In this document: piece by piece, positions 62,372 to 64,000 of the stretch
Numbering within the stretch: position 1 is the first letter of the stretch
Layout of the letters: each line of letters opens with the position of its first letter
Source of the DNA: Gammaproteobacteria bacterium
GTDB taxonomy: Bacteria > Pseudomonadota > Gammaproteobacteria > JBCCGL01
Length of the DNA: 64,000 nucleotides
NCBI GenBank assembly: GCA_965277715.1
Contig: OZ255836.1
Span: 800,001-864,000, forward strand
Reading direction: 5' to 3'
Made by a program: the position numbers and the translations under genes
Notes under the pieces: model-generated
Databases searched by the model: none
The model's input: only the letters and a program-made list of their open reading frames with translations
Told to the model about the DNA's origin: nothing

Positions 62372-63177
62372 CGGGTATTTTCCGTCTGTTTGGGGCTACT
62401 GTGCCCAGTACATTGTCGATTAATCTGGGTGAGTAGCTGGTCGGCATTTTTGGCGAGTAGTGAAATGTCTGAACCACAGGCGACAAAGGTAAAGCCCGCA
62501 TTTAGCAGCGTTGCTGCAAACGTTGGGTCGGCCATTAAGGTGCCAACCGGTATGCCTTTGGCGATGAGTTTCTTTGCGACAGGTAAAATCAAATCCCAGA
62601 CTTTTTCACTCATCGGGTTACCGAGCTGGCCTATGTCGGCGGCTATATCTGCCGGGCCAAAGAAAACACCGCTAACACCCTCGACACTGGCAATGTCTTC
62701 GGCACGCTCGATAGCCTGAGCCGTTTCGAGTTGTAGCAATACTGTTGTTTCATCTTCAACGCGCTCAAAGTAGTCGACGACCCGACCAAAGGCATTTGCG
62801 CGGGTCGCACCGCTAACACCGCGTATACCTCGTGGTGGGTAGCGTGTGGCGGCAACCGCTTTTTGCGCCTCTTCCACTGATTGAATCATGGGGAACAGTA
62901 AGCCCTGAGCACCAATATCCAGTAGGCGTTTGACTAATACCGGATCATTCCAATAGGGGCGCACAATGGCGGTGCTCGCGCTGGCGGCAAAAACCTGAAG
63001 TTGGCTCAAAATGGAGGGCAGGCTGTTGGGCGAGTGTTCCATATCCAGCAGTACCCAGTCATAACCACTGGAGGAGACCACCTCAGCGGCAACGTTACTG
63101 CTCAAGCTTAGCCACAGGCCAATCTGTTTTTCCCCGGCGTGTATCGCGTGGGTAAAGGGGTTATCGATGAGGTTCAT
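62368..63177 (-). CDS. HpcH/HpaI-family class II aldolase
   Basis: DWVLLDMEHSPN, RYPPRGIRG, FFGPAD. Confidence 0.9.
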   Translation of the reverse strand: MNLIDNPFTHAIHAGEKQIGLWLSLSSNVAAEVVSSSGYDWVLLDMEHSPNSLPSILSQLQVFAASASTAIVRPYWNDPVLVKRLLDIGAQGLLFPMIQSVEEAQKAVAATRYPPRGIRGVSGATRANAFGRVVDYFERVEDETTVLLQLETAQAIERAEDIASVEGVSGVFFGPADIAADIGQLGNPMSEKVWDLILPVAKKLIAKGIPVGTLMADPTFAATLLNAGFTFVACGSDISLLAKNADQLLTQINRQCTGHSSPKQTENTR

Positions 63178-64000
63178 ATGACTGCCTTTTCAATAAAGGG
63201 CCGGTTTTCGGCGATGCGTTGGTAGTTAAACGGGGAGAGGTCCAGCGCACGGTATTCACCGTAGGTAATCAATTCGGCGGTGCCGCGCCCCATGGCCGGT
63301 GATTGCTGAAAGCCATGCCCGGAAAAACCGTTGACGAAGATAAAATTCTCCACTTCGGTGTGCGGGCCGAGAATGGCATTTTGGTCGAGGGTATTGAAAG
63401 CGTAGTGCCCCGCCCAGGAGTTGATCAGTTTGATCGCCTCAAACTGAGGAATTCTATTGGCGATAGCCGGCCAGACTTTGTTTTCCCAGAGACTGTGATC
63501 CTGAATGAAATCATCGTAGTCGACCGCTGGATCGTCATCCGGTGGGCAGCCTGCCAGGTAGTAGCTGCCTTCGGTGCGCATGTGTACGCCACTGGGGTCG
63601 ATGGTCAGTGGCAGGTCGCGGTCGAGCGGGTTTTCGGCGGAGAAGATGAAGGTATAGCGCTTACGCGGTTCCACCGGGATGTCGATGCCCGCCATGCGCG
63701 AGGTGAGTACTGCCCGTGGCCCGGAGGCGTTGACCACTGTGCCACAGGCGATCACTTCACCCGATTTGAGAGTGACGCTTTCCACACGCGTACCCGCTGC
63801 GTTGCGGGTCATCGCGACCACTTCGTTGGTGATGTATTCCGTGCCTTTCTCCCGCGCTGAACGCCGCCACCAGTCAAACAGTGTATTGCCATCGAAATAG
63901 CCTTCATCGATTAAGTTATGGCTGCCCGCAACGATGTCTTCGAGGTTGTAGAAGGGGTAATCACGCGCAATCTCTTCAGCCGAGAGGATTCTGGTGCCCG
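63174..64000 (-). CDS. FAD-dependent oxidoreductase (DadA/sarcosine oxidase-like), 5'-truncated by window edge
   Basis: NASG, WAGHY, GFSGHGFQQSPAMG; frame is open to the window end. Confidence 0.85.
   Translation of the reverse strand, partial: GTRILSAEEIARDYPFYNLEDIVAGSHNLIDEGYFDGNTLFDWWRRSAREKGTEYITNEVVAMTRNAAGTRVESVTLKSGEVIACGTVVNASGPRAVLTSRMAGIDIPVEPRKRYTFIFSAENPLDRDLPLTIDPSGVHMRTEGSYYLAGCPPDDDPAVDYDDFIQDHSLWENKVWPAIANRIPQFEAIKLINSWAGHYAFNTLDQNAILGPHTEVENFIFVNGFSGHGFQQSPAMGRGTAELITYGEYRALDLSPFNYQRIAENRPFIEKAVI

Overview
A 64-kb chromosomal segment of a gammaproteobacterium, probably marine (inferred from a DmdA-like demethylase, a GlyGly-CTERM adhesin and C1/methylamine genes). The backbone is ordinary: yoaA-tsaB, dapC-dapD-yffB, mltF, ffs-dnaX-ybaB-recR, thrS-infC-rpmI-rplT-pheS-pheT-ihfA-merR-tRNA-Pro, fdhD, folE, polB and fadE. 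Catabolic clusters include an amino-acid ABC transporter with soxBDAG and a Rieske oxygenase, and a TPP enzyme with an atypical transthyretin-like protein and a DmdA-like enzyme. Accessory highlights: (1) a 1622-aa NLR-like TIR-NACHT-pentapeptide-WD40 protein whose 14 WD40 blades are near-identical 126-bp DNA repeats that vary combinatorially at the predicted ligand face, beside MNT-HEPN and 2OG-Fe(II) genes and a probable tRNA-Val scar; (2) a fungal-type chitin synthase next to an integron-cassette-like two-gene lipoprotein unit; (3) a tRNA-Pro-anchored ~1-kb islet with intact hicB, nonsense-inactivated hicA and a captured fdhD fragment; (4) an 1831-aa repeat adhesin and two VapBC loci. All calls come from motif recognition by eye; no database search was run.
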